This document shows positions 29,676 through 39,584 of a DNA stretch of 64,000 nucleotides, one piece after another. Below the pieces are notes generated by a model. The model saw only the letters and a list, made by a program, of their open reading frames with translations, was not told the DNA's origin and made no database searches. The DNA comes from an uncultured Gammaproteobacteria bacterium. GTDB lineage: Bacteria; Patescibacteriota; Patescibacteriia; CAZGFX01. A program made the translations under genes and the position numbers. The stretch's first letter is position 1, and every line of letters starts with the position of its first letter. The stretch spans positions 227,428 through 291,427 of the forward strand of contig CAZGFX010000002.1 of the NCBI GenBank assembly GCA_964524845.1, given 5' to 3'.

Positions 29676-30779
29676 TTATGGTTTTTTTTCAAGCAATACT
29701 TGCTTTCCGTCTCTTATCTCATATACATCAGCCTTTGAAACAACTATCCCATCTGTATCTATCGTGAGAGATCCCATAGCTCCAGAAAAATCTTTGATTA
29801 TATGAAGATTTTTTATTATCTCATCCGCGGTTGGACGATTGTTTGTTTTTACGTTCTCAATCGCATACACAAGTAATTTTATTATATCGTATGAATTTGG
29901 CGCACCTTGAGTGATTGTTGTTTTGTATGTATTTTCATATAATTGTTTGAATTGTAGTGACGGATCTCCAGCATCAACATACCAACTTCCTTCAAGTAAT
30001 TCTTTGTTCTTTGCCCATGAAAACGCTTCAATCGAAGTAAGTGGTGTGGTAATTCCTAAATCTTTAATTTGTTTTATAACAAGCTCGAGTTCTGGAGAAA
30101 AAGCCTTAATAGATATTATATCTGGATTTCCTTTTTGTGCTTTAAGAATAACCGTTTTAAAATCAGTATCTCCTTTCATAATCAACTCATCTCCGACTAT
30201 TTCAATATCAGTTTTTTTAAGATATTCGTTTGCCGCAGAATGAGTTGCCAACGCGCCCTGTTGATTTAAAGTAATTGAAGATATTTTCTTTATTTCTCTT
30301 TTTTTCAACTCTTCTACAAATAATTTTGCTTTTTCAGCAGGGGGTGTCCAATGAATAAAATTATATTCTCCTTTGGCAATATTCGCATCATTTGCAATGC
30401 CGAAATGAATAATTTTATTCGTCTCAGCTATCGGAGCAATAACATTTCCACTTCCTGAAGTAAACGATATAACCGCATCAACCTTATCTATATTGATAAG
30501 CTTATTGATTGCTGAGGCGGTTTTTTTTGGATCAAGCTGGTCATCCTCAAATATGAGTTCATATTTATAATGTGTGTTTTTTATTGAATCATAAGCCAAA
30601 AGAACACCATTTCGAACACCTTCTCCAAGCGAAGCCATGTTCCCACTCAAAGGAGCGATAACTCCTATTTTAATTATATTATTATTTTCTAAATCTTTTT
30701 TTGTCGCGACAATATAAATTCCACCAACAAAAAATAGACATATCACGATCCATATGATAATTTTATTTTCTTTTGACAT
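29676..30779 (-). CDS. LivJ/LivK-family substrate-binding protein (SBP7)
   Basis: IKIGVIAPLSG, FEDDQLDP; body closely resembles SBP5. Confidence 0.9.
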   Translation of the reverse strand: MSKENKIIIWIVICLFFVGGIYIVATKKDLENNNIIKIGVIAPLSGNMASLGEGVRNGVLLAYDSIKNTHYKYELIFEDDQLDPKKTASAINKLINIDKVDAVISFTSGSGNVIAPIAETNKIIHFGIANDANIAKGEYNFIHWTPPAEKAKLFVEELKKREIKKISSITLNQQGALATHSAANEYLKKTDIEIVGDELIMKGDTDFKTVILKAQKGNPDIISIKAFSPELELVIKQIKDLGITTPLTSIEAFSWAKNKELLEGSWYVDAGDPSLQFKQLYENTYKTTITQGAPNSYDIIKLLVYAIENVKTNNRPTADEIIKNLHIIKDFSGAMGSLTIDTDGIVVSKADVYEIRDGKQVLLEKKP

Positions 30780-30807
30780 AAAAAATATTATTAATATCGA
30801 TTATTTT

Positions 30808-31944
30808 TTATTCATTTAATTTAATAAACGTTCCGTTTTCTAATTTCATTAATTGAACATCTCTTCTTGCTTCTCCGTTTTCATCGAAATCTATTTTTCC
30901 TCCCGCACCAACGTAATTGTGTGTTTCATATAAAACATTTTTTATTTTTTCTGTATTATAACCGACTTTTTTTACAATATTTATAATAATTTTAAAAGCA
31001 TCATAACCATTTATAGAATAAATTCCTGCGTTTTCGCCATATCTTAATTTATATATATTATTGAAATCTGTGTAAAAAGGGTTATTTTCATCTATTCCTT
31101 CATTAGCAATAATTGTTCCTTCGCTTGAATTTTTAGCTTGTTTATATAAATCATCTGATTTTAAAGAAGATATGCCAAACCACGTCGGCTTCAGTCCTAA
31201 CTCAATGGATCTATTAAAAAAAGTTGCGGCTTGTTCAACAAGCAAAACAGTAAACACTGCGTCTGGGTTTTTTTCTTTTAAACTTAATGCTTTTGTTCTT
31301 AGGTCCATATCTCCTATTTGCAATAAATCACGTGCGATCAACTGTACTCCCATTGCAGAAAGCCTTTCTTCAAACGCATTAATATATGGTAAACCCGCTT
31401 CGTTATTCATTGCAATTGCAGCCACTCTTTTATAACCCTTTTTTTGTATATAATCAGCGATCGCATTTGCCTCGAAAGTCCCATTAACTCGATTTCTAAA
31501 AATAAAATCACCAGCATTGGTAATAGAAGGACTTGATGCAAGTGAAACAAAAAGAAGAACCTTGTTTTCATTTGCAATAGGTGCCATCGCCATAACAGAA
31601 CTACTCCCTGTTCCTGTAATAATTACTTTTACTCTATCAACCGATATTAGCTTTTGAAGTGCGCTAACAGAAGTTTTTGGATCACTTTTTCCATCTTCTA
31701 TTAATATTTGTATATTTTTTCTTACGCCATTTGATTTGTTCTCATTTTCAAAAGCTATTTCAATTCCATTTTTTACCCACCCTCCATATAATGACATTGG
31801 TCCTGTCAAATCTGCTATAACACCAATTTTTATAGTCTCTTGTTTATCGTTTTGTGATGTCTTGTTTGTTGTGATAGTATATACCGCTCCCACAACAACC
31901 AAAACAGCTACCACCCAGACTAGAATTTTGTTTTGTTTGGACAT
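30808..31944 (-). CDS. LivJ/LivK-family substrate-binding protein (SBP8)
   Basis: IKIGVIADLTG, EDGKSDP, AGDFIFR, FDENGE. Confidence 0.9.
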   Translation of the reverse strand: MSKQNKILVWVVAVLVVVGAVYTITTNKTSQNDKQETIKIGVIADLTGPMSLYGGWVKNGIEIAFENENKSNGVRKNIQILIEDGKSDPKTSVSALQKLISVDRVKVIITGTGSSSVMAMAPIANENKVLLFVSLASSPSITNAGDFIFRNRVNGTFEANAIADYIQKKGYKRVAAIAMNNEAGLPYINAFEERLSAMGVQLIARDLLQIGDMDLRTKALSLKEKNPDAVFTVLLVEQAATFFNRSIELGLKPTWFGISSLKSDDLYKQAKNSSEGTIIANEGIDENNPFYTDFNNIYKLRYGENAGIYSINGYDAFKIIINIVKKVGYNTEKIKNVLYETHNYVGAGGKIDFDENGEARRDVQLMKLENGTFIKLNE

Positions 31945-32036
31945 AAAAATAATTATTTATTCTGTACTTATAATACTCCTTATTTTAAGGAAATTTCAAG
32001 GAAACACGAACACATATAATTATCTACTCGATACTT

Positions 32037-33035
32037 TTATTCAATCTCGATCGCCTTCCCATTCTCAATCTTTTTTAACCGAATAGGTCTTTTCATTACT
32101 CCATTCTCATCAAATTTACCTGATGAAACAATCGTGTCGCGAACACAGTCATATTTTCCACTGCATTTTTTTACAACTTCTCCCATAATCTCGGCCGCTT
32201 CTTTTGAAATATGAAAAATTCCACCATCGCCTGTATTTGGTAGATCGGCCGGAAAAGAATAAATTACACCCTCCACAAAATCACGCATCGCTGGAAGTTC
32301 GGTGGTGTATTGAGAGTATATCGGCGCAGCCACACCGAGCCTCCTCAACTTATTAATTCCATCAGCAAAGAAAAAAGCAGCATCAGCCACAAATATCGCA
32401 TCAGGCTGCGCCGCACGAATTTTGAGAAGTTCAGAAGAAACATCAGCACCATTATCTGCAAACCAAGACTCGTGCGCAATTTCTCCGGAATAATTTTTTC
32501 TGAAAGAATCCGCATGTGTCCTAGAAAAAGCATTCTCATAAGCGACTAGCGCGACACGCTTCATCCCTAGTTCGAACATCTTACGCGCCAAGAAACTTGA
32601 TTCATCTTCGAGAGAATAATGCATATTAAACATATTTCCTCCGCTTGATGAGAAAAGATTTTTAGACGCGGCGGAAGGCACTATACTCAAAATCTTTTTG
32701 TCTTTCAGAAGCGTTGCGACAACTTCTTGTGGCGACCCGCATGCAGGACCAATAACAAAAGAAACATTATCGAAATCAACGAGTTTTCTAAATGCGCTTA
32801 TTGCGGTTTTTGGTTCGCACTTTTCGTCTTCGAACACAAACTCCACACCATCAAATGAAACAGAAGACACTCCTCGACGAATCTCTTCCCCATACTTTGC
32901 AAAAACATCACTAAGAGGAGCTATTACTCCAATTTTCATATTTCCGTCTGTGTGAGTCGTATTATAAACAAAAAATCCTGCTACAATAAAGAGGCATAAG
33001 ACAACAAACAATATTAATTTTCCTAAAGTTGTCAT
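32037..33035 (-). CDS. LivJ/LivK-family substrate-binding protein (SBP9, divergent)
   Basis: MKIGVIAPLS, FEDEKCEP, IGPACGS, FDENG; likely start MTTLG at 33035. Confidence 0.85.
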   Translation of the reverse strand: MTTLGKLILFVVLCLFIVAGFFVYNTTHTDGNMKIGVIAPLSDVFAKYGEEIRRGVSSVSFDGVEFVFEDEKCEPKTAISAFRKLVDFDNVSFVIGPACGSPQEVVATLLKDKKILSIVPSAASKNLFSSSGGNMFNMHYSLEDESSFLARKMFELGMKRVALVAYENAFSRTHADSFRKNYSGEIAHESWFADNGADVSSELLKIRAAQPDAIFVADAAFFFADGINKLRRLGVAAPIYSQYTTELPAMRDFVEGVIYSFPADLPNTGDGGIFHISKEAAEIMGEVVKKCSGKYDCVRDTIVSSGKFDENGVMKRPIRLKKIENGKAIEIE

Positions 33036-33080
33036 AAATATATAAAAAAGCAAAAAACCGCCGACCAAGGGCGACGGATT

Positions 33081-33383
33081 TTATTTGATTCTCACAACAG
33101 TCATTGGTTGACGATGTCCAAATGGAGTTCCTGATGAACGTGTCTTGTTTTTCCATTTCAGACCAAACACCTTTTTCGTCTTCTTCTGTATAATGATCTC
33201 GCCTGTTATCGTATCACCTGTTGTCGGCGCACCAACTTTGATAGTGCCACCAGTGCTAGTCATTAGAACATCAGAAAATTTAACAGTGTCGCCAGTCTTA
33301 CCATCGATTTTCTCAACGGTTACCGGTTTGCCCGTCTGAACAATGTACTGTTTACCACCTGTCTTAATAACGGAAAAATCCAT
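33081..33383 (-). CDS. rplU: 50S ribosomal protein L21
   Basis: VIKTGGKQY, GHRQPMT. Confidence 0.96.
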   Translation of the reverse strand: MDFSVIKTGGKQYIVQTGKPVTVEKIDGKTGDTVKFSDVLMTSTGGTIKVGAPTTGDTITGEIIIQKKTKKVFGLKWKNKTRSSGTPFGHRQPMTVVRIK

Positions 33384-33459
33384 ATATATAGTATTAAAGT
33401 GAACGCGTGCATAATAGCAAAACCAAGCCAAAAGTCAATAGTGAAAAAGCATTTCAACT

Positions 33460-33620
33460 AATGGTCGAAGCGAAGTAAAATATATAGGATGAGACCTCTT
33501 CCTGACATACGTCAGGACAGGCTCCTCCGGTCGAGGTGACAATTTCCGCAAGGCGGGATCCCGCTTTGCGGTGGGTTGAGCCAAGTGAATGTGCCTGTAC
33601 TGAGCAGAACGAATGTGCCA
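33460..33620. repeat. Cluster of nested GC-rich palindromes (REP-like); part recurs at 56713-56767
   Basis: GGATGAGACCTCT-CCTGACATACGTCAGG...TCGAGGTGACA, followed by GCAAGGCGGGATCCCGCTTTGC. Confidence 0.65.
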
Positions 33621-33624
33621 AAAA

Positions 33625-34131
33625 TTAAAATTCTTGTTTATCAAGCTCTGCTTCTTCTCTTGATTTCTTCGGAAACTCCATGGTTGATCCAACCGTAATA
33701 CCGCGCCGAGCAACGTCTCCGGCCGGCAATTCAAGCACATAACGCACAGGTTCATTTGATGAGTAGTGTTTCAATTCATTATCAGGTCTTCCATATCCTG
33801 GTTCAGCGCTTTCTTCAAACCCAATAACATTGCCTTTATTAGTAATCCAAACCATATCGAGAGAAATCTTGGTATTTTTCATCCAAAAAGACTGGACTCG
33901 TTCTCTCTGCATATCAAACAACATTCCATCATAATAAAAAGAATCTCTAAATCCCATACCTCTTTGTTGTTGTGAAGGAGTTGCAGCAATTTCAACCGTA
34001 AGATATTCTCCATTTATAGTAATATCTTTTGTTTGAAGCGACACTTTTGCATACGGGCTATCATCGTATCCGCAAGAACTCAGAGTCACACCACCAACAA
34101 AAATCAATACAAAAATTAAAAAACGTTTCAT
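33625..34131 (-). CDS. DUF192-family lipoprotein
   Basis: Lipobox-like LSSC, GMGFR, FWMKNTKISLD, VRYVLELPAG. Confidence 0.9.
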   Translation of the reverse strand: MKRFLIFVLIFVGGVTLSSCGYDDSPYAKVSLQTKDITINGEYLTVEIAATPSQQQRGMGFRDSFYYDGMLFDMQRERVQSFWMKNTKISLDMVWITNKGNVIGFEESAEPGYGRPDNELKHYSSNEPVRYVLELPAGDVARRGITVGSTMEFPKKSREEAELDKQEF

Positions 34132-34165
34132 ATAATAATATATTTCTTTGATAGTATATCAAATA

Positions 34166-35233
34166 TCACGTACTCTTTTCAATCCCTATCTGACTATTTT
34201 TTGATCGTGACATTAAATAAAGCGGCCCAAAGAAAATACAAAGACCAGCAACAACAAATAAAACAAGCTTCCACTTAGTATCAGCAAGAATGCTTATAAT
34301 TCCAAAAACTATACTACATGCATATAAAAATACGACGCTTCTCACATATCCGAAACCTGATCCGAGAAGCACATGGTGTATATGTCGCCTGTCTCCTTCG
34401 TTAAATACAGATGTATGAGCAAGAAATTTTCTGCAAAACATAATGCGAACAACATCAATAAGTGGAATACTCATAATAAGCGCCGTTGCGGCGATTTTGC
34501 TCCCACTCATTATAGAAAGAACTCCTAACGCAAACCCAGCAAAAACACTTCCTGACTCACCAAGAAAAATTCGCGCAGGATGCCAATTCCAAACCAAAAA
34601 ACCCAAATAAGATCCCATAAGAGCAAGAAGAAGCGATGATGTAGGAGTCGTCGCTTGATCCCAAAGAAGACTCACAATAAAAACAAAAAACGCCGCAATC
34701 GCAGTAAGTCCTGAAACAAGTCCATCCATTCCATCAAGCACCTTCGTACTATTCATAAGCCCAAGAAGCCATACAAAAGCTATAAGATGAGGAACATAAC
34801 CCAGAGAAGATATTGTTATGCTTCCTCCAAGTGGATTTGTAAGAACATCAGGAAGTATTCCACTTCCAATAACTATAAAAATTGCGAGACACTGAAACAA
34901 AAGTTGATACCTAACTCGCAGTGTATACACATCATCCAGAAATCCTCCTATCATGAGTACACCTCCTCCTACAATAAATCCAATAAGTGGAATTATCGTC
35001 TCCTGAGAAAACGCGGATGGTTGGCTGAAAAAAAGAACCGCGCATCCAATACAAAAACCTATAAACACTGCTATTCCACCGAGAAGAGGTGTCGGATTGG
35101 TGTGAATCTTTTTTGAGTGAACGGATGGATTATCAATAATATTTTTCTTTAATGCAAAAAGACGTACAAGCGCTGTCGCTCCAACCGCCATAACAAATGA
35201 AACAAAAAATATTATAACATGTATTAATGTCAT
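34166..35233 (-). CDS. MraY/WecA/TagO-family polyprenyl-phosphate sugar-1-phosphate transferase
   Basis: PLLGGIA, GFLDD, LDGMDGL, FLGESG, DRRHIHH. Confidence 0.92.
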   Translation of the reverse strand: MTLIHVIIFFVSFVMAVGATALVRLFALKKNIIDNPSVHSKKIHTNPTPLLGGIAVFIGFCIGCAVLFFSQPSAFSQETIIPLIGFIVGGGVLMIGGFLDDVYTLRVRYQLLFQCLAIFIVIGSGILPDVLTNPLGGSITISSLGYVPHLIAFVWLLGLMNSTKVLDGMDGLVSGLTAIAAFFVFIVSLLWDQATTPTSSLLLALMGSYLGFLVWNWHPARIFLGESGSVFAGFALGVLSIMSGSKIAATALIMSIPLIDVVRIMFCRKFLAHTSVFNEGDRRHIHHVLLGSGFGYVRSVVFLYACSIVFGIISILADTKWKLVLFVVAGLCIFFGPLYLMSRSKNSQIGIEKST

Positions 35234-35234
35234 A

Positions 35235-35627
35235 TTAATTATTTTTCTCTATATAAAGAGTCAAAATATTCATCGCGGAGAGTTCGTCTCTTCCTTTCTC
35301 GGACCCTTCTTTTATAAAACGATCAGAGAGTTGTGAGCTCATGACTTCATTAACTTCAAAAATATCGTATGGACTTTGATTTTTAAGTTTTTCGATAAAA
35401 AATCTAGTTATTCGCAACTGTTCGTTATCTCTTCCAGCAAAAGGAACCGGAACACCAACAACAATTCCATCACATCCATAAAGCGTAGCAGTTGAGATTA
35501 TTTTTTTTATAGCCTCATCAAAATTATCAGAAACCACCTCGATTGTTGTAAGTGGAACGACTACGGCTCCATCTGAAAACGCTATACCAATTCTTTTTTC
35601 TCCATAATCCACCCCTAGATATTTCAT
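35235..35627 (-). CDS. ruvX: YqgF/RuvX pre-16S rRNA nuclease
   Basis: YLGVDYGEKRIGIAFSD, IVVGVP, DELSA. Confidence 0.92.
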   Translation of the reverse strand: MKYLGVDYGEKRIGIAFSDGAVVVPLTTIEVVSDNFDEAIKKIISTATLYGCDGIVVGVPVPFAGRDNEQLRITRFFIEKLKNQSPYDIFEVNEVMSSQLSDRFIKEGSEKGRDELSAMNILTLYIEKNN

Positions 35628-35636
35628 ATTATTCTA

Positions 35637-36392
35637 TTATATTCTAGTAATTATCCTCACTTGTCCATCCGAGTCGATTGCTATGGTGTGCTCAAAATGA
35701 GCAGCGACCGATCCGTCCATTGTTTTAACTGTCCAATGGTCTTTTGTAATATACACAGCATCATCACCCAGCATAATCATCGGCTCAAGACAAAAAACCA
35801 TTCCTTTTGTTATAGAAACTCCCATTCCTTTTCTTCCAAAATTCGGAAAAGGTGGATCTTCGTGCACCGAATAACCTACTCCATGTCCTGTATAATCCCT
35901 AACAATTCCATACGAACCTTGCATGGAAACATATGTTTCGATCGCATTACCAATGTCTCCGGTGGTTACTCCGTCATGAATTGCATCGATGCCGGCTGTG
36001 AGCGCGCCGCGCGCGGCATCAATCAAACCATGTATCTTCTTATCAACATTACCAACAGGTACTGTTATAGCCGCATCCGTATACAAGTTTTTATAAAGAA
36101 GACCTGCGTCTATACTAATACAATCTCCGTCTTTTAGAATACGTGCGCTCGGGATACCATGAACCACCTCATCATTCACAGAAGTACAAAGTCCTGCCGG
36201 AAATCCTTTGTATCCTTTAAACGCGGGCCGCGCGCCGGCGCGCGAAACCCCTTCTTCAAAATATTTATTGAGTTCAAGCGTTGTTATTCCGGAACGAACT
36301 TGATTCGCAGTTTCAATAAGAAGATTCATGAGAATTTTTCCGCCTTCTTCCAGGATAGCTATGTCAGCATCTGTCTTTAGTCTTGTTCTCAT
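35637..36392 (-). CDS. map: Methionine aminopeptidase type I
   Basis: SVNDEVVHGIP, GHGVG, LEPMI, AHFEHT. Confidence 0.97.
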   Translation of the reverse strand: MRTRLKTDADIAILEEGGKILMNLLIETANQVRSGITTLELNKYFEEGVSRAGARPAFKGYKGFPAGLCTSVNDEVVHGIPSARILKDGDCISIDAGLLYKNLYTDAAITVPVGNVDKKIHGLIDAARGALTAGIDAIHDGVTTGDIGNAIETYVSMQGSYGIVRDYTGHGVGYSVHEDPPFPNFGRKGMGVSITKGMVFCLEPMIMLGDDAVYITKDHWTVKTMDGSVAAHFEHTIAIDSDGQVRIITRI

Positions 36393-36398
36393 ATAAAT

Positions 36399-37073
36399 TT
36401 AAATCTCATAAGCACTAAGAACATCTAGCTTATCAACGACCGCATGATTGACATCAGAAATTGTCATCGTTCCATCAATATGTACGAGCCTTCCTTCGGA
36501 CTCATAAAGTTTGATTGCTGGCATTACTTGTTCATAAAAACTATCAAGACGCTTATTAATCGCATCAATATTAATATCGTCTTTTCTAATAATTATATTC
36601 GTACTTCCGCACTTGTCACACTGTTTTATATCAGAAGAAGTAAAAATTTTTCCGCATTCGCCACACAAAGAACGTTTTTGCAAACGATCTGCGGCCGTTT
36701 CCCTTGGTATGTCAATCCACAACGCAATAATATGCTTATAATCAAACTCTTTCGCCATCTTATCGAGATCGTGTTTTTGTACAACAGAACGAGGATATCC
36801 ATCAAATATAATATCATCTGAAACATCCATTAATTCCAGTTTTCTATGAATAATTTTTGTTATTATAGAATCATCAAGAAAAGCACCTGACTCCATCGTC
36901 TTTTTTACCAAATGACCTAGATCAGAATCTTCTTTCGATATCTCACGAACCACGTCTCCGGCAACAATTCTCTGATATCCGCGATGATCTTCGAGAAATT
37001 GAGATTGAGTACCTTTTCCTGCGCCGGAAATCCCCAATAAAACAATAATTCGTTTATGATTTTGTTTGTCCAT
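36399..37073 (-). CDS. adk: Adenylate kinase (Zn-lid)
   Basis: GISGAGKGTQ, FDGYPR, CxxC...CxxC lid; between secY and map. Confidence 0.93.
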   Translation of the reverse strand: MDKQNHKRIIVLLGISGAGKGTQSQFLEDHRGYQRIVAGDVVREISKEDSDLGHLVKKTMESGAFLDDSIITKIIHRKLELMDVSDDIIFDGYPRSVVQKHDLDKMAKEFDYKHIIALWIDIPRETAADRLQKRSLCGECGKIFTSSDIKQCDKCGSTNIIIRKDDINIDAINKRLDSFYEQVMPAIKLYESEGRLVHIDGTMTISDVNHAVVDKLDVLSAYEI

Positions 37074-37163
37074 ATGTTTACATTGTAACAAATCAATCAA
37101 ATAAGGATAGGTGAAAAAAATCCGCCAAAAAGGCGGATGAGGCTTTGTTAAAATGTATAAAAA

Positions 37164-38441
37164 TTACAGCTTATCGTACTCACTATGGACTAACTGAGCA
37201 TCGATTTGGCGCATAGATTCTAACACAACCTGTACCACGATCAATAAACTAGTACCACCTATAATACTAGAAATAGAGGCGTTTATAGGATTAACTACGA
37301 TTGGAAGAACAGCCAAAACGCCTAAAAACAAAGCTCCAGCAAAAGTAATTCGGAAAACAACTTTTCGTAAATAATTTATGGTTTCTTCTCCCGGACGAAC
37401 ACCAACGACAAAAGCGCCTTGTTTTTGAAGATTGTCAGCAACTTCTTTTGGATTAAATACTATACTTGTATAAAAATATGTGAAAAGCACCACGAGAATG
37501 AAATAGATAGAAGCGTAAAACGTGTTATCTTGAAATAGCGCTATTACTTTCTGTGCGAATTCAGCAAGCCATGGAGTCGGTGCCGAAAGAAAAAATTGGG
37601 CGATAAGAGACGGAAATATCATTACTGAAATAGCGAAGATAATAGGAATTACTCCGGCGATATTAACGCGCAAAGGAAGATTTGTACGAACCTTATCACC
37701 TATCATAAGTCCGCGTGTATGTCTAGCATATTGAATTGGAATTTCTCTTTGCCCTTCTGTTATAAACACCACACCAACGACAACTGCGATAAACGCTGTT
37801 ATTAAAAGCGCGTAATTAATGATCTGAGATGGGTCGTATAAAACGATCATCTGTTGAACAATTGACGGAATACTAGCAAGAATTCCTGCAAAAATAAGCA
37901 AAGAGAGACCATTTCCAATTTTCTTCTCTGTAATAAGTTCTCCGAGCCACATTAGAAACACTGTTCCGGCAGTAACAATAATCATTGTTAAGAATAACTC
38001 CCACCCTTGAATTGACTGAAGCGCACTTACAGCAACTTGTTTTTTAATAAGAGAAATAAAACCATATGCCTGAAGCATTGAAATAGGAACTGTAGCCCAC
38101 CTGGTATATCGATTGATTCTTTTTCTTCCTATTTCTCCTTCTTCTTTTTGCATTCGTTCTAAACGAGGAATGACAATGGTCAAAAGCTGGAAAATAATCG
38201 AGGAGGTAATGTATGGTCCGATACCAAGCATCATAATTGAGAAGCTTCTAAGCCCACCTCCGGAAAAAACATTAAGAATACCAAGGTATTCGTTTGCGGA
38301 AAAAAAATCGCGGAGCGCTTGCGCATCAATTCCTGGAACAGGTATGTTCGCACCAAGTCTAAACACAGCAAACATCAGAAGCACAAATATAATACTTCCT
38401 CGAAGACGTTTGTTCTGCCAAATAAGTTCAAACTTGGTCAT
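37164..38441 (-). CDS. secY: Preprotein translocase subunit SecY
   Basis: LGIGPYITSSII, IGNGLSLLIFAGI, GVIPIIFA, GGTSLLIVV. Confidence 0.98.
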   Translation of the reverse strand: MTKFELIWQNKRLRGSIIFVLLMFAVFRLGANIPVPGIDAQALRDFFSANEYLGILNVFSGGGLRSFSIMMLGIGPYITSSIIFQLLTIVIPRLERMQKEEGEIGRKRINRYTRWATVPISMLQAYGFISLIKKQVAVSALQSIQGWELFLTMIIVTAGTVFLMWLGELITEKKIGNGLSLLIFAGILASIPSIVQQMIVLYDPSQIINYALLITAFIAVVVGVVFITEGQREIPIQYARHTRGLMIGDKVRTNLPLRVNIAGVIPIIFAISVMIFPSLIAQFFLSAPTPWLAEFAQKVIALFQDNTFYASIYFILVVLFTYFYTSIVFNPKEVADNLQKQGAFVVGVRPGEETINYLRKVVFRITFAGALFLGVLAVLPIVVNPINASISSIIGGTSLLIVVQVVLESMRQIDAQLVHSEYDKL

Positions 38442-38464
38442 ATTAATTATATAAAAAATTATGT

Positions 38465-38953
38465 TTATTGAGTCTTTTTGGTTTTTGGTTTAGTTTTTGT
38501 TTTCTTTTTGTTTCTTGCGTCAGAGATTATGTGTATCTTTCCACCTTGTTTTTCAATTGCTTCACGAGCTGTTCCGGAACATTCGTGTACGTAAATTTCT
38601 ATTTTTTTCGTTAGTTTTCCTTTGCCAAGTATTTTCACACCAAATCGCTCAGTCGAAATTATACCTGCCTGAACAAGATTAATAGGTTGTATCGTCGTCA
38701 TACCAATTGTTTCGAGCGACGACAAATTAACAACCGCTCGTTTCGGGAAACGTGGTACAAAACCTCTTATTTTCGGAATTTGAAAAACAAACTGCTTCAA
38801 ACCTCTCTGTGCAAAACCAGCAGTACCCGAACGTGCGCGCTGACCTTTGCGCCCTTTTCCAGAATACGAACCAGCACCGGAACTGTCTCCTCGACCAAGT
38901 CGTTTTCCCGATTTTGTGGTTCCTTTACTTTTTAAACTGTGTAATGTAAGCAT
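38465..38953 (-). CDS. rplO: 50S ribosomal protein L15
   Basis: RLGRG...GRKGQRAR, VKILGKG. Confidence 0.97.
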   Translation of the reverse strand: MLTLHSLKSKGTTKSGKRLGRGDSSGAGSYSGKGRKGQRARSGTAGFAQRGLKQFVFQIPKIRGFVPRFPKRAVVNLSSLETIGMTTIQPINLVQAGIISTERFGVKILGKGKLTKKIEIYVHECSGTAREAIEKQGGKIHIISDARNKKKTKTKPKTKKTQ

Positions 38954-38980
38954 ACGTATTTTCCTAAAAAACTCTATATA

Positions 38981-39577
38981 TTATGATAATGCCGATTGGC
39001 TTTTTGATTCGTTGGATTGATTTTCTTTTTGATTTTTCCCAAATGTTTTCGGTTCTTTTTCGTTATTATTATTCTGATCATTTTCTTCGTTTGTTGGGAA
39101 TCCTTTCCCTCGAACATTTTTAAAATGACTGAGCGCTCTCATCAAACATTGTGAAACGACCACCTTGTTTGTCGATCCATGAATTTTACATACAATATCT
39201 CGAACACCAGCTAGTTCGAGAATGATACGAGCTGATCCTCCAGCTTTCAAACCGGCTCCGCTTCTTGCAGGACGCAAAATAATACGAGCAGACTTAAATT
39301 TATGAGTAAGTTCGTGTGTTACAGTACCACCAAATAAGGGAAATCTTATCAAATTTTTTCGTGCCTGAGTAGCGGCCTTGTTCATTGCGATTGACACATC
39401 TGCTCCTTTTGCAATACCTAGCCCAACCATTCCTGATCGATTACCAATAGCAACAGTGGCACGAAAACGCATACGTTTACCACCGGCCATAACACGAGTG
39501 ACACGAGCAAGATCGATCGTCTCCTGATCAAAGGCGTCTTTTACTTTCTTATTTCTTTTGTTACCTTCGTATGCCAT
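38981..39577 (-). CDS. rpsE: 30S ribosomal protein S5 (low-complexity C-terminal tail)
   Basis: RVTRVMAGGKRMRFRA. Confidence 0.97.
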   Translation of the reverse strand: MAYEGNKRNKKVKDAFDQETIDLARVTRVMAGGKRMRFRATVAIGNRSGMVGLGIAKGADVSIAMNKAATQARKNLIRFPLFGGTVTHELTHKFKSARIILRPARSGAGLKAGGSARIILELAGVRDIVCKIHGSTNKVVVSQCLMRALSHFKNVRGKGFPTNEENDQNNNNEKEPKTFGKNQKENQSNESKSQSALS

Positions 39578-39584
39578 ATACTAT

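Noticed and set aside
20155-33035. Integron or diversity-generating retroelement driving SBP variation
   Set aside because: No integrase, attC-like sites, reverse transcriptase or adenine-specific TR/VR pair seen.
33435-33755. 106-aa ORF upstream of rplU
   Set aside because: Overlaps DUF192 and reads through the palindrome cluster; likely spurious.
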